This document shows, piece by piece, positions 55,979 through 64,000 of a stretch of 64,000 nucleotides of DNA. The stretch is from assembly GCA_038231275.1 (NCBI GenBank), contig JBBRLQ010000005.1, positions 32,001 through 96,000 on the forward strand. Reading direction: 5' to 3'. The number at the start of each line of letters is the position of its first letter. The stretch's first letter is position 1. The position numbers and the translations under genes were made by a program. The notes beneath the pieces are model-generated. The model had not been told where the DNA came from. It saw only the letters and a list, made by a program, of their open reading frames with translations, and did no database searches. Source of the DNA: Polyangiales bacterium (GTDB taxonomy: Bacteria > Myxococcota_A > Polyangia > Polyangiales > Polyangiaceae).

Positions 55979-58102
55979 TCACTTCGCGGCGGTCACCGGC
56001 GACGGCGGCTTTACGCCGACGCTTTCCAATACCTCCCTCGCCGGAAACACGACGCCGCCGCGCATCGTGGAGACGACGTTGCGAACGTCCCCGATGCGCG
56101 CGAGCGGATCGCCGTCGACGACCACGAGGTCGGCGTCCTTGCCCACCGCGATCGAGCCGCTCTTTTTGTCTCGCCTCATCTCGCGCGCCGGCACGATCGT
56201 CGCGCTGCGCAGCGCTTCGGCGGGCGAGAGGCCCGCGTGCACGAAGAGCTCGAGCTCGCGATGGAGCGACAGGCCCGCGAGCGCGTCGGTCCCTGCCACG
56301 ACCGTCACCTTCGCGTCGCGCAGCGCCTTCACCGTCGCGATGACGTGCTCCCACGACTCCTGGCGCGCTTGCTCCTTGCCCTCGGGGATCGGCAGCCCTC
56401 CCATCAAGAAGTAGCGCTGCGTCTGAACCGGCAAGCGCGCGACGAGCCACTCGCTGCCCGGCGTGATCTTGCCGGGCACGCCGCCGAGTGTCGATTCGAA
56501 GGCGACGAGCGTCGGGTCGATGACCGTCTTCTTCTCACGGAGGAGCGCGAAGAAGTCCTGCACGGGCTTCCCCTTCAGGTCCACCGTCGTCGCCTTGTCG
56601 GCCACGATCGAAAAGCGCGCGGTGGTGCGCGTGTCGGTCTCGTGATCGGCGAGAAAGTTGAGGAACACCATGTTGATGTGCTCGATGCCGTCGTAGCCGG
56701 CGCGCACCGCCTCGTTCGCGAGCATGTGGACCGGGATGTGCCCGATGACCTGCATGCTGCGCGCGTGCGCCTCCTTCGCGAGGATCGGGACGAGCTCGGG
56801 CTTGATCGAGTTGTAGATCTTGATCCCCTCGTACCCGCGCTTGGAGAAGAACTCGACCGCCGCCTTCGCTTCGGCCTCGGTCTCGGCGGTCACCGTCGAC
56901 GACGCCGCCTTCTCGCCGCGCCCCTCGATGAAACCGAAGCGGAGGAGGCGCGGCCCCACCGCGGTCCCATCGTCGTAGCGCTTCTTCCAGTCGTCCAGCT
57001 TGTCGGGATCGTTGCCGACGTCGCGCGCGGTGGTGACGCCGGAGCCTATGTTCAGCGCGCCATCCGGATCGCCGACGTGCGCATGCATGTCCCAGAGCCC
57101 TGGGAGCAGGGCTTTTCCGGCGAGGTCCACGATCTCGGCACCGGCGGGCGGCTTGGCAGCAGCCGAGGGGCCGATCGAAAGGATCGCTCCCCTCGCGACG
57201 ACGACGGTCTGATCTGTGAGCCACGCGCCCTTCTCGACATCCAAGACGCGCGCGTGGACGTACGCCAGCCCCGCGGCCGGCGGGAGATGGGCCGTCGCCT
57301 TCGCGACCTTCACGTCCCGTTCCTTGTCGATCTGGTTTTGGCGCTGCTGGAGCGGCTCGATGACGCTCTCCCATCCCTCGGGAACCAGGGAAAACCAGGG
57401 CGATACGACGCCGAACCACGTTCCGTCGTCGTTCATCCAGATGTACTGCGGGATGAGCTCGAGGCCGCGGATCGCGTAGTTGGTGAGGTGCCGCTCCTCG
57501 GCGCCGACCTTGACCGTCGCGTCGCCGACCTTCTCGACGCGCGCGGTGCCCGAGGGCAAGACCGGGATCGTGCCGCCGGCCTTGAGGGCGGCCTGGGCAA
57601 GCAGGCCGAACGCGGACTGGACCTCCGCGATGGGGACGAAGAAGGCGGGCCCCGTCACCTCGCGGTCGCCGGACTCCTCGTGGCTCTTCCAGCGTGCGCG
57701 TGTCCCCTCGCGCGTGAACGTTTCGTCGGCGGCGGTGCCGAACTCGTGGTGCCCATGCGCATCGAGCGACGCGATTGTCCCGTCCGGCGCGAGCTTCAGC
57801 GTGGACTCGACGTGCGCGCCCCGGCCGTTCTGCATGACGTCGAAGACTTCGTGGAGCGTGCCGTCCGGGTCGCGCACTGTGGTGCACGTTCCGGACTTGC
57901 GCGAGAGCGAGACGACGATGCGCTTGCTCGTGATCGGCGTCGCGGATCCCGCCGCGCTGGCGGTCGGGGACATGCCGGTCCCGCTCGGGATCGTCGTCGG
58001 CGTTGGCGTGATCGGAGGCGGGCCCTCACCCCCGCACGACGCCGCGCCGAGCGCGGTGGTGACAGCCAGGACGAGCACGAGCGAGGCGGCCTTGGTGCGC
58101 AT
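55979..58102 (-). CDS. Secreted amidohydrolase-family lipoprotein
   Basis: Lipobox AASC; LLPGLWDMHAH, GVTTARDVG, IKIY, IEH, AGTDA, GSIAVGKDADLV. Confidence 0.9.
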   Translation of the reverse strand: MRTKAASLVLVLAVTTALGAASCGGEGPPPITPTPTTIPSGTGMSPTASAAGSATPITSKRIVVSLSRKSGTCTTVRDPDGTLHEVFDVMQNGRGAHVESTLKLAPDGTIASLDAHGHHEFGTAADETFTREGTRARWKSHEESGDREVTGPAFFVPIAEVQSAFGLLAQAALKAGGTIPVLPSGTARVEKVGDATVKVGAEERHLTNYAIRGLELIPQYIWMNDDGTWFGVVSPWFSLVPEGWESVIEPLQQRQNQIDKERDVKVAKATAHLPPAAGLAYVHARVLDVEKGAWLTDQTVVVARGAILSIGPSAAAKPPAGAEIVDLAGKALLPGLWDMHAHVGDPDGALNIGSGVTTARDVGNDPDKLDDWKKRYDDGTAVGPRLLRFGFIEGRGEKAASSTVTAETEAEAKAAVEFFSKRGYEGIKIYNSIKPELVPILAKEAHARSMQVIGHIPVHMLANEAVRAGYDGIEHINMVFLNFLADHETDTRTTARFSIVADKATTVDLKGKPVQDFFALLREKKTVIDPTLVAFESTLGGVPGKITPGSEWLVARLPVQTQRYFLMGGLPIPEGKEQARQESWEHVIATVKALRDAKVTVVAGTDALAGLSLHRELELFVHAGLSPAEALRSATIVPAREMRRDKKSGSIAVGKDADLVVVDGDPLARIGDVRNVVSTMRGGVVFPAREVLESVGVKPPSPVTAAK

Positions 58103-58165
58103 GCGCGGCAGCATACCCGAGACGCGAGGAGCCGCCGCGCCGCCGCGCGAGACCGTGCGCCCGCG

Positions 58166-59005
58166 CTACTTCACGAGCGCGTCGTGCATGATCAAGTAAA
58201 TCGACGGATCGTAAAACGTCTGGAAGTGATCGACGAACCCGTCGCACAGACCGATGTTGGTCGCGCCGGGGACGATCGACGTGCTGACGGGACGGATGTA
58301 CTCGTCGGTGCACGTGTAGATCGACGTCATGGGCACGCTCTTGGGGAGCGGCACGCCGTTGACCGCCTTCAAGAACGCGCTGCCCGGGGAGAGATCGTAG
58401 AGCGCGGGCCACCCGGCGATCACCGCGGCGATGGGCGCCTTCGCGATCCCGTGCTGGGGCGAAACGAAGGTGACGAGGCGCGACACGTTCTTGTCGCCGC
58501 CCAGCGACTGGATGTAGTGACGCGCGATGAGGCCGCCCGTGCACTCGGCGAGGATGTCGATCTTGTCCTGCCCACTCTCGGCCTTCACGCGCGCGACGAC
58601 GTCGCCGAGGTCCTTCGAGTTCTGGAAGAGGCTGCCGCTGAGGAGAGCCGGCGGCTCGTACACGACCGGTCGAAATCCGTCGCGCGTCAGGCGGGCGACG
58701 ATGGGGTCGAACCACTTGGCCGGGATCGTCACGCCGGTGATGAGGAGGACGGTGCGCGGCTCGGCGAGCGGCGTCGGGCCGGGCTCGAGCGTGCCGACGA
58801 CGAGCTTGTCGGCGTACGCGTGCAAGACCTTGTCGCCCCAGTAGTACGGCGAGCGGATGTCCTTCGCGCTGGCGTGAAACACCGTCTCGGCCTCGCCGAT
58901 GGTCTGCGGCCCGTCGGACTCCGACTCCGCGCTCTCCGGTGCGGAGGCGCATCCAACGGCGGCGGCGGCGACGAAAAGAAGGCTCGAACCCAGGTTTTTG
59001 AGCAT
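58166..59005 (-). CDS. Lipase/esterase-fold lipoprotein with Cys at the nucleophile elbow
   Basis: Lipobox AVGC; KIDILAECTGGLIARHYI, V.RLVT..SPQHG, TDEYI, VDHF; AAGGA RBS. Confidence 0.8.
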   Translation of the reverse strand: MLKNLGSSLLFVAAAAVGCASAPESAESESDGPQTIGEAETVFHASAKDIRSPYYWGDKVLHAYADKLVVGTLEPGPTPLAEPRTVLLITGVTIPAKWFDPIVARLTRDGFRPVVYEPPALLSGSLFQNSKDLGDVVARVKAESGQDKIDILAECTGGLIARHYIQSLGGDKNVSRLVTFVSPQHGIAKAPIAAVIAGWPALYDLSPGSAFLKAVNGVPLPKSVPMTSIYTCTDEYIRPVSTSIVPGATNIGLCDGFVDHFQTFYDPSIYLIMHDALVK

Positions 59006-59041
59006 GACGTTTTCCTTGGCGAAGGTCAGCATTGAATTATC

Positions 59042-59140
59042 GACTGAACGTTCATTCCTAGTACCGAAATGAAGACCGTCAAGCTCAATTTGTGCTGATT
59101 GTGCGATTGACTTCACCGTTCATCAAACGAATATTCAATC
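59042..59140. promoter_or_regulatory. Divergent promoters with two related palindromic TetR-type operators
   Basis: GACTGAACGTTCATTC (59042-59057) and AAACGAATATTCAATC (59125-59140); -35-like TTGACT (+, 59107) and TTGACG (-, 59082-59077). Confidence 0.65.
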
Positions 59141-59148
59141 GAATCAAG

Positions 59149-59748
59149 ATGGTTCGAGCTACACGAGGACGGCCCCCGACGACGCCCGATCGGCGCGAGG
59201 AGATCATTGAGGCGGCGCTCCAGTGCTTCGTCGACCGCGGCTTCCACGGGACGGCCATGCCCCAGATCGCCGAGCGCGCCGGCACCGCGTCGGGGACGAT
59301 TTACCATTACTTCCCCAGCAAGGAGGCGCTGGTGAACGCCCTCTACCGCAAGTGGAAGGGCGAGGTGTCGAAGCGCGTGCTCACGGCGTTCCCGCAAGGC
59401 GCGCCGGTGCGCGAGCAGTTCTCGACGATGTGGCGGGAGATGGTCGCGTTCTTCTTGGAGCACCCGGCGGCGTTCGTCTTCTTGGAGCTCCACAGCCACA
59501 CCTCGTACCTCGACGCGGAGAGCGTGGCGGTGGACCGCGGGCTGAAGGAGTTCGGCGCGATGATGGTGAGGCCGGCGCAGGAGCAAGGGCTCCTGAAGCA
59601 GGCGAACCCACTCCTCTTGATGGAGCTCGTCTTCGGCGCGTTCAACGGCATGATGCGCGCGCACTGGGAGCGGCGCATCGAGCTGACACCCGAGGTCATC
59701 ACGCTGGCCGAGCAAGCGTGCTGGGACACCGTCGCCGTTCACCCATGA
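59149..59748 (+). CDS. TetR/AcrR-family regulator
   Basis: IIEAALQCFVDRGFHGT....IAERAG.ASGTIYHYFPSKEAL. Confidence 0.93.
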   Translation: MVRATRGRPPTTPDRREEIIEAALQCFVDRGFHGTAMPQIAERAGTASGTIYHYFPSKEALVNALYRKWKGEVSKRVLTAFPQGAPVREQFSTMWREMVAFFLEHPAAFVFLELHSHTSYLDAESVAVDRGLKEFGAMMVRPAQEQGLLKQANPLLLMELVFGAFNGMMRAHWERRIELTPEVITLAEQACWDTVAVHP

Positions 59749-61190
59749 GCGCGCCTCGTTCGCTCGTTCGCGTGGGGCTGCGGGCCGCCCTCCTCGTCAT
59801 GTCGGCCGCCGGCTGCCAACGCTGCACGAGTTCCGCTCCGCCCGGCGCGAGCGGTGAGGCGGGACTCGTTTCGCCGGACTTTCCCGAGCCCGTCGTACTC
59901 GCCGACAAGCAGCCGGCGCCATCTGCCGTCGCGGTCGACGAATCATTCGTCTACTGGAACAACGTCGGCGCCGGCGTCGTGAGCAAAGCGCCGAAAGGGG
60001 GCGGACCAATTACTAAGCTCTACGAAAGTGCGAGCCCGTTCGGAGGTCGTTCGATCGCGCTCGACCGCGACGCCGTCTACTTCGACGAAGCCTTCATGAT
60101 CAAGCGAGTGCCGAAGGCGGGAGGGCCGGTCACGAACGTCGGTCACGTGCCGCAAATTCCGGTGTGGATGACGGCAGACGACGATGGAGTCTACGCAGCT
60201 TCCGACACCGTGCTGAGGTTCGCGAAGGACGGGAGCTCGAGCACGAGTCTCTCGAGCGTGGAAGAGACGTGGGCTGTCGCGAGCGACGTGACGCATGTCT
60301 ATTGGGTCGCTCGCGACGGAGTGCGGCGCGCCGCGAAGAACGGTGGCCGCGTCGAGACGCTCGCCCGAGGAACGTTCCGTTTTTGCAAAATGGCGCTCTC
60401 GGACACGGAGGTTTTTTGGGGCGATGCCGTGCTCGAAGCCGTCTTCGCGGTCCCCAAGGCGGGCGGTCGCGCGCGTCTCGTGGCGCACGCGTGGGACATC
60501 GCTTCGAAGCGCCTGGTGGTGGACGCGCGCGCCGTCTGGGTACTGCAGAGCGGTGGCAGGCTCGAGCGGATCGACGCGATGCGCGGCACCGTCACCGTCG
60601 TCGCCGTTTCGCTAGCACGGGGCGGCTCGGCCGATCAGGACTTCGGGCTCGCGCTCTCGGGCGAAGACGCGTTCGTCGCCGCGGGCGGCACCGATGTGGT
60701 CGGTGCGGGCCCGGTGCACATCGACCTCACCGGCAGTGGCGATGCCGCATTTCCCACAATGACGCACGGCGGCCAAGTTCTCCGCGTCGCGACCGCGATT
60801 CCTCCCGGCGCGATCACCAAGAGCGAGAGCGCGCTCGAGATCGCGCGCGTTTGGTTCCAGGGCACGAGCGCCGTGGCTCAGGACCTCGGAAACGCAACAC
60901 GCTGGATCGGCAAGCTCGACGCAGCCGTCGTCCCTGACGTGAGAGCGGGACGGCTCGGCGTGACCCTCTTGGCCTTCGTCGGAGACGGCGTCGGTGAGGA
61001 TGTCGCTCGCGCCCGCGCGAAGATCGTCGAGGACGCCATCGTCGCCCAGCTCGGCGCTCGCGCTCGCGTCGCGACGACCACCCCGCAGGTAAGCGGCTAC
61101 CGCGGCGACGTGCAGGTCACGCTCGATCAAAACGATCTCGCGACGCTCATGGCCCCGCCACCCGAGCGGCGTGACGCCGGATCGAAATGA
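59745..61190 (+). CDS. Lipoprotein with beta-propeller repeats and a possible degenerate OmpA-like tail
   Basis: Lipobox AAGC; repeats AVDESFVYW, ALDRDAVYF, ASDVTHVYW, each followed by PK.GG-like segments; tail ARARAKIVEDAI. Confidence 0.7.
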   Translation: MSAPRSLVRVGLRAALLVMSAAGCQRCTSSAPPGASGEAGLVSPDFPEPVVLADKQPAPSAVAVDESFVYWNNVGAGVVSKAPKGGGPITKLYESASPFGGRSIALDRDAVYFDEAFMIKRVPKAGGPVTNVGHVPQIPVWMTADDDGVYAASDTVLRFAKDGSSSTSLSSVEETWAVASDVTHVYWVARDGVRRAAKNGGRVETLARGTFRFCKMALSDTEVFWGDAVLEAVFAVPKAGGRARLVAHAWDIASKRLVVDARAVWVLQSGGRLERIDAMRGTVTVVAVSLARGGSADQDFGLALSGEDAFVAAGGTDVVGAGPVHIDLTGSGDAAFPTMTHGGQVLRVATAIPPGAITKSESALEIARVWFQGTSAVAQDLGNATRWIGKLDAAVVPDVRAGRLGVTLLAFVGDGVGEDVARARAKIVEDAIVAQLGARARVATTTPQVSGYRGDVQVTLDQNDLATLMAPPPERRDAGSK

Positions 61191-61208
61191 GCGATTCGCG
61201 AGCTCGCG

Positions 61209-62726
61209 TCAGCCGCGGAGACGCGCGCGGTGCTGAGCGACCCATGGCGAGAGGCGCGAGCCGGTCTCGCCGGTGGTCGCGTCCTTCGCGCCCGCGGCTC
61301 GTTCGAGTCGGGCGGCGGCGAGCGCGACGGCGACCGCGATCTTCTCGCGATCCTCTGCCGGTACCGTGGGGTAGCCGAGGAGCTGCTCTTTGTTCCGCTC
61401 GAGGAACCCCGTGTCGTACCGGCCGGCGACGAACTCCGGGTGCTCGAAGAGCTTGGAGTGGAACGCGAGGTTCGTGCGGATGCCAGTGACCACGTACTCG
61501 CCGAGCGCGCGGCGCATGCGCTCGACGGCGCGCGCGCGCGTGGGGGCCCACACGCTGAGCTTGGAGATGAGCGGATCGTAGAAGCTCGAGATCGAGCAGC
61601 CGGGGTAGGCGCCGCCGTCGTCGCGAACGCCGGGGCCGGCGGGGACGACGAGGCTCTCGATGGTGCCGGGCGAGGGCAAAAATCCGCTCGCCGGGTCCTC
61701 CGCGTAGACGCGGCACTCGATGGCGGCGCCGCGCGCGACCAGATCGTCCTGCGCGAACGAGAGCTTCTCGCCCTGCGCGACGAGCACCATCTCGCGCACC
61801 AGATCGAGGCCGGTCACGAGCTCGGTGACGGGGTGCTCGACTTGGAGGCGCGTGTTCATCTCGAGGAAATAGAAGCTGCCGTCCTCGGCGAGGAGGAACT
61901 CGAACGTCCCGGCGGAGTGGTAGCCGACGGCCTTTGCGCCTTGCACGGCGATCGCGCCCATCTTCGCGACGAGCTCGCGCGAGGCGGCAGGCGACGGCGT
62001 CTCCTCGACGACCTTCTGGTTGCGCCGCTGGATGGAGCAGTCGCGCTCGAAGACGTGAACCAAGTTGCCCTCGCGATCGCCGAGGACCTGGATCTCGACG
62101 TGGCGCGGCTTCTGGATCGCCTTTTCGAGGTAGACGGTGTCGTCGCCGAAGAACTTCTTCGCCTCGCTGCGCGCGCGTTCCCAGGCGTTGGCCATCTCGC
62201 TCGCGGCGTTCACGAGGCGCATGCCCTTGCCGCCGCCGCCGCTCGACGCCTTCAGCATCACCGGGAAGCCGATCTTGGTGGCCGCGGCGATCGCCTCGTC
62301 GCTCGTGTCGCACGTCGCGCCGGGCACGATGGGGACGCCGGCGTCGCTCATGCGCGCGCGAGCTGCGGTCTTGCTGCCCATCTGGCGCATCGCGGAGGCG
62401 GGCGGGCCGATGAACGCAATGCCGGCCTTCTCGCACGCCTCGGGCAGCGCGGGGTTCTCGCTGAGGAAGCCGTAGCCGGGGTGGATGCCGTCGCAGCCGG
62501 CCTTCTTGGCGGCGGCGATGATCTTGTCGACACGGAGGTAGCTCTCGGCGGCGGGCGCGGGTCCGAGCAGGTACGCCTCGTCGCAGACGCGGACATGGAG
62601 CGCCGCGCGATCGGCCTCCGAGTAGACCGCGACCGCGCCGAGGCCCATCTCGTGGAGGGTGCGTGCGACGCGCACGGCGATCTCGCCGCGGTTGGCGATG
62701 AGGACCTTCTTCCAGGGTCGAGCCAT
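61209..62726 (-). CDS. accC: Biotin carboxylase subunit of an acetyl/propionyl-CoA carboxylase
   Basis: KVLIANRGEIAVR, IHPGYGFLSEN, GGGGKGMR, ERDCSIQRR.QK, EMNTRLQVEHPVTE. Confidence 0.93.
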   Translation of the reverse strand: MARPWKKVLIANRGEIAVRVARTLHEMGLGAVAVYSEADRAALHVRVCDEAYLLGPAPAAESYLRVDKIIAAAKKAGCDGIHPGYGFLSENPALPEACEKAGIAFIGPPASAMRQMGSKTAARARMSDAGVPIVPGATCDTSDEAIAAATKIGFPVMLKASSGGGGKGMRLVNAASEMANAWERARSEAKKFFGDDTVYLEKAIQKPRHVEIQVLGDREGNLVHVFERDCSIQRRNQKVVEETPSPAASRELVAKMGAIAVQGAKAVGYHSAGTFEFLLAEDGSFYFLEMNTRLQVEHPVTELVTGLDLVREMVLVAQGEKLSFAQDDLVARGAAIECRVYAEDPASGFLPSPGTIESLVVPAGPGVRDDGGAYPGCSISSFYDPLISKLSVWAPTRARAVERMRRALGEYVVTGIRTNLAFHSKLFEHPEFVAGRYDTGFLERNKEQLLGYPTVPAEDREKIAVAVALAAARLERAAGAKDATTGETGSRLSPWVAQHRARLRG

Positions 62727-62784
62727 GCCCCCTCGATACCACGAAAGGCCGCCGGATCGCGCGACGGTGCGCGACGGTGTTACC

Positions 62785-63252
62785 GTGATCTCCGTGCTCC
62801 GTTCGCTCGTGATCGCGCTCGTCCTCGTGACCCCGCGGATGGCCGCGGCGCAAGGGGCCCCGCACACGCGCGCGTCGTGCCCTGAGGGCTCGCTCCTCTC
62901 GTCGCCGCCGGACGGACGTGAGGTCTGCGCGCCGCTGAACTGCGCGTCCGACGTGGACTGTGGACCAGGTCGCGTCTGCCGCGATCTCTCGCTGTGCGTC
63001 GAGACGCCGATGGGCTCGACCACGAAATCCGCGGTGTCTGCCTGCGAATCGAGTGCAAAATGCACGTATCCGGCGGAGTGCGACGAGACGAGCAAGCGAT
63101 GCGTCCGCGCGGGGCTCGTCGAGCGGTACCGGACCTCGTGCGGGTGCGCAGTGCCGGGGCTCGGTGGAGAAGGCGGGCTCGCGGGGTCGTGCGCGCTGGG
63201 GGTGGCCACGTTGCTCGTCCACCGTCGCGCGCGAAGGCGACGTGGAGTATGA
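62785..63252 (+). CDS. Small Cys-rich protein with MYXO-CTERM-like sorting signal
   Basis: Signal peptide; Cys repeats (CASDVDCGPGRVC); SCGCAVPG, hydrophobic segment, RRARRRR. Confidence 0.7.
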   Translation: MISVLRSLVIALVLVTPRMAAAQGAPHTRASCPEGSLLSSPPDGREVCAPLNCASDVDCGPGRVCRDLSLCVETPMGSTTKSAVSACESSAKCTYPAECDETSKRCVRAGLVERYRTSCGCAVPGLGGEGGLAGSCALGVATLLVHRRARRRRGV

Positions 63253-63259
63253 CCAGGAC

Positions 63260-64000
63260 GTGGCCGATCGGGATCGCGACCGGAACCTGACGCTAGATTT
63301 CGCGGCGCCGCCTCCTCCGGAGCCGAAGCCCGTGGTCGCGGAGCCGCGGCCCTTCGTAGCCCCACCTCCGCCGGTCGTCGCGGAGGCACCGGAGCCGAAG
63401 GCGCCCGAGCCGAAGCCGGAGCCGCCGCGTGCGCTCACCGTTGCCGAGCTCGATCGCGCGATCAAGGGCTCGCTCGACGAGACGTTCATTCGCGCCGTGT
63501 GGGTGTGCGGAGAGGTCACCGGCGCGCGACCGGCGTCGAGCGGCCACCTGTACTTTTCGCTCAAGGACGAGGAGGAGGACGCGTCGATCGACGTCGTCAT
63601 GTACAAGACGAACGTTTCGCCGCGGGCGCGCACGCTCGTGAAAGACGGCGCGCGCATCCGCGTGCGGGGTCGGCCGACGTTCTGGGCGCCGCGCGGCAAG
63701 CTCCAGATGATCTGCGATCGCGCCGACGCGGTGGGGCGCGGCGCGCTGCTCGAGGCGCTCGAGAAGCTGAAGGCCAAGCTCGCGGCCGAGGGGCTCTTCG
63801 CCCCCGAGCGAAAGCGGCCGCTGCCCGCCGAGCCGCGCACAGTCGGTGTCGTGTCGAGCGCGACCGGCGCGGTCATCCACGACATCTGCAAGGTCGCGTT
63901 CCGGCGCGGCGGCGCGCGCGTGCTGCTGGCGCCCGCGGTCGTTCAGGGCGACGGCGCGCCCGAGTCGATCCGCCGCGCGCTCGCGATGCTCCAGCGTGTG
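63260..64000 (+). CDS. xseA: Exodeoxyribonuclease VII large subunit (runs off the window)
   Basis: Manual translation: Pro-rich N-terminus, then LTVAEL...VWVCGEV...SSGHLYFSLKD...LAAEGLF..ERKRPLP...GAVIHDI...VQGDGA. Start GTG 63260 or 63242. Confidence 0.93.
   Translation, partial: MADRDRDRNLTLDFAAPPPPEPKPVVAEPRPFVAPPPPVVAEAPEPKAPEPKPEPPRALTVAELDRAIKGSLDETFIRAVWVCGEVTGARPASSGHLYFSLKDEEEDASIDVVMYKTNVSPRARTLVKDGARIRVRGRPTFWAPRGKLQMICDRADAVGRGALLEALEKLKAKLAAEGLFAPERKRPLPAEPRTVGVVSSATGAVIHDICKVAFRRGGARVLLAPAVVQGDGAPESIRRALAMLQRV

Noticed and set aside
55853-59035. 1060-aa plus-strand ORF
   Set aside because: Antisense to the amidohydrolase and lipase-fold genes.
63249-63290. ATG 63249 as the xseA start
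   Set aside because: That frame stops at 63290; xseA motifs are in the frame of GTG 63242/63260.
61147-63891. 914-aa minus-strand ORF
   Set aside because: Off-frame to accC and antisense to xseA; Arg-rich with no motifs.

Overview
High-GC window that looks myxobacterial (Polyangiaceae/Labilithrix-like). This is inferred from the MYXO-CTERM-like protein, the many Cys-rich lipoproteins and the Kil-like Tad locus, not from a database search. Housekeeping genes: mutL (partial), a pyrimidine-nucleoside phosphorylase, metG, a biotin carboxylase and xseA (partial). Four accessory blocks stand out. (1) 6.8-16.0 kb: DUF4266, a TPR/PEGA-DUF3570-like barrel and five predicted lipoprotein cytochromes with seven heme motifs, four of them non-canonical (CX3CH, 2x CX4CH, CX5CH), plus a Tat DUF1501-like protein; an ECF sigma/anti-sigma cassette lies next to it. 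This is the best candidate for an undescribed system. (2) 19.0-33.3 kb: a 16-gene Tad/Flp locus with two CpaF ATPases, three FHA or FHA-like domains and no recognisable CpaE/TadZ, resembling the Kil prey-killing apparatus. (3) 41.6-47.3 kb: a ufaD/ufaO/cfa-like photo-oxidative lipid operon whose promoter carries phased 11-bp TnnACA repeats of the CarH/CarA operator type. (4) 53-59.7 kb: a Cys-rich lipoprotein paired with a ferritin-like diiron protein, and a TetR-linked lipase-fold protein with Cys in place of the catalytic Ser. No rRNA, tRNA, CRISPR array or transposase was seen. Many starts in the ORF track run too far upstream and were re-called by eye. All family calls come from motif recognition, not HMM searches.
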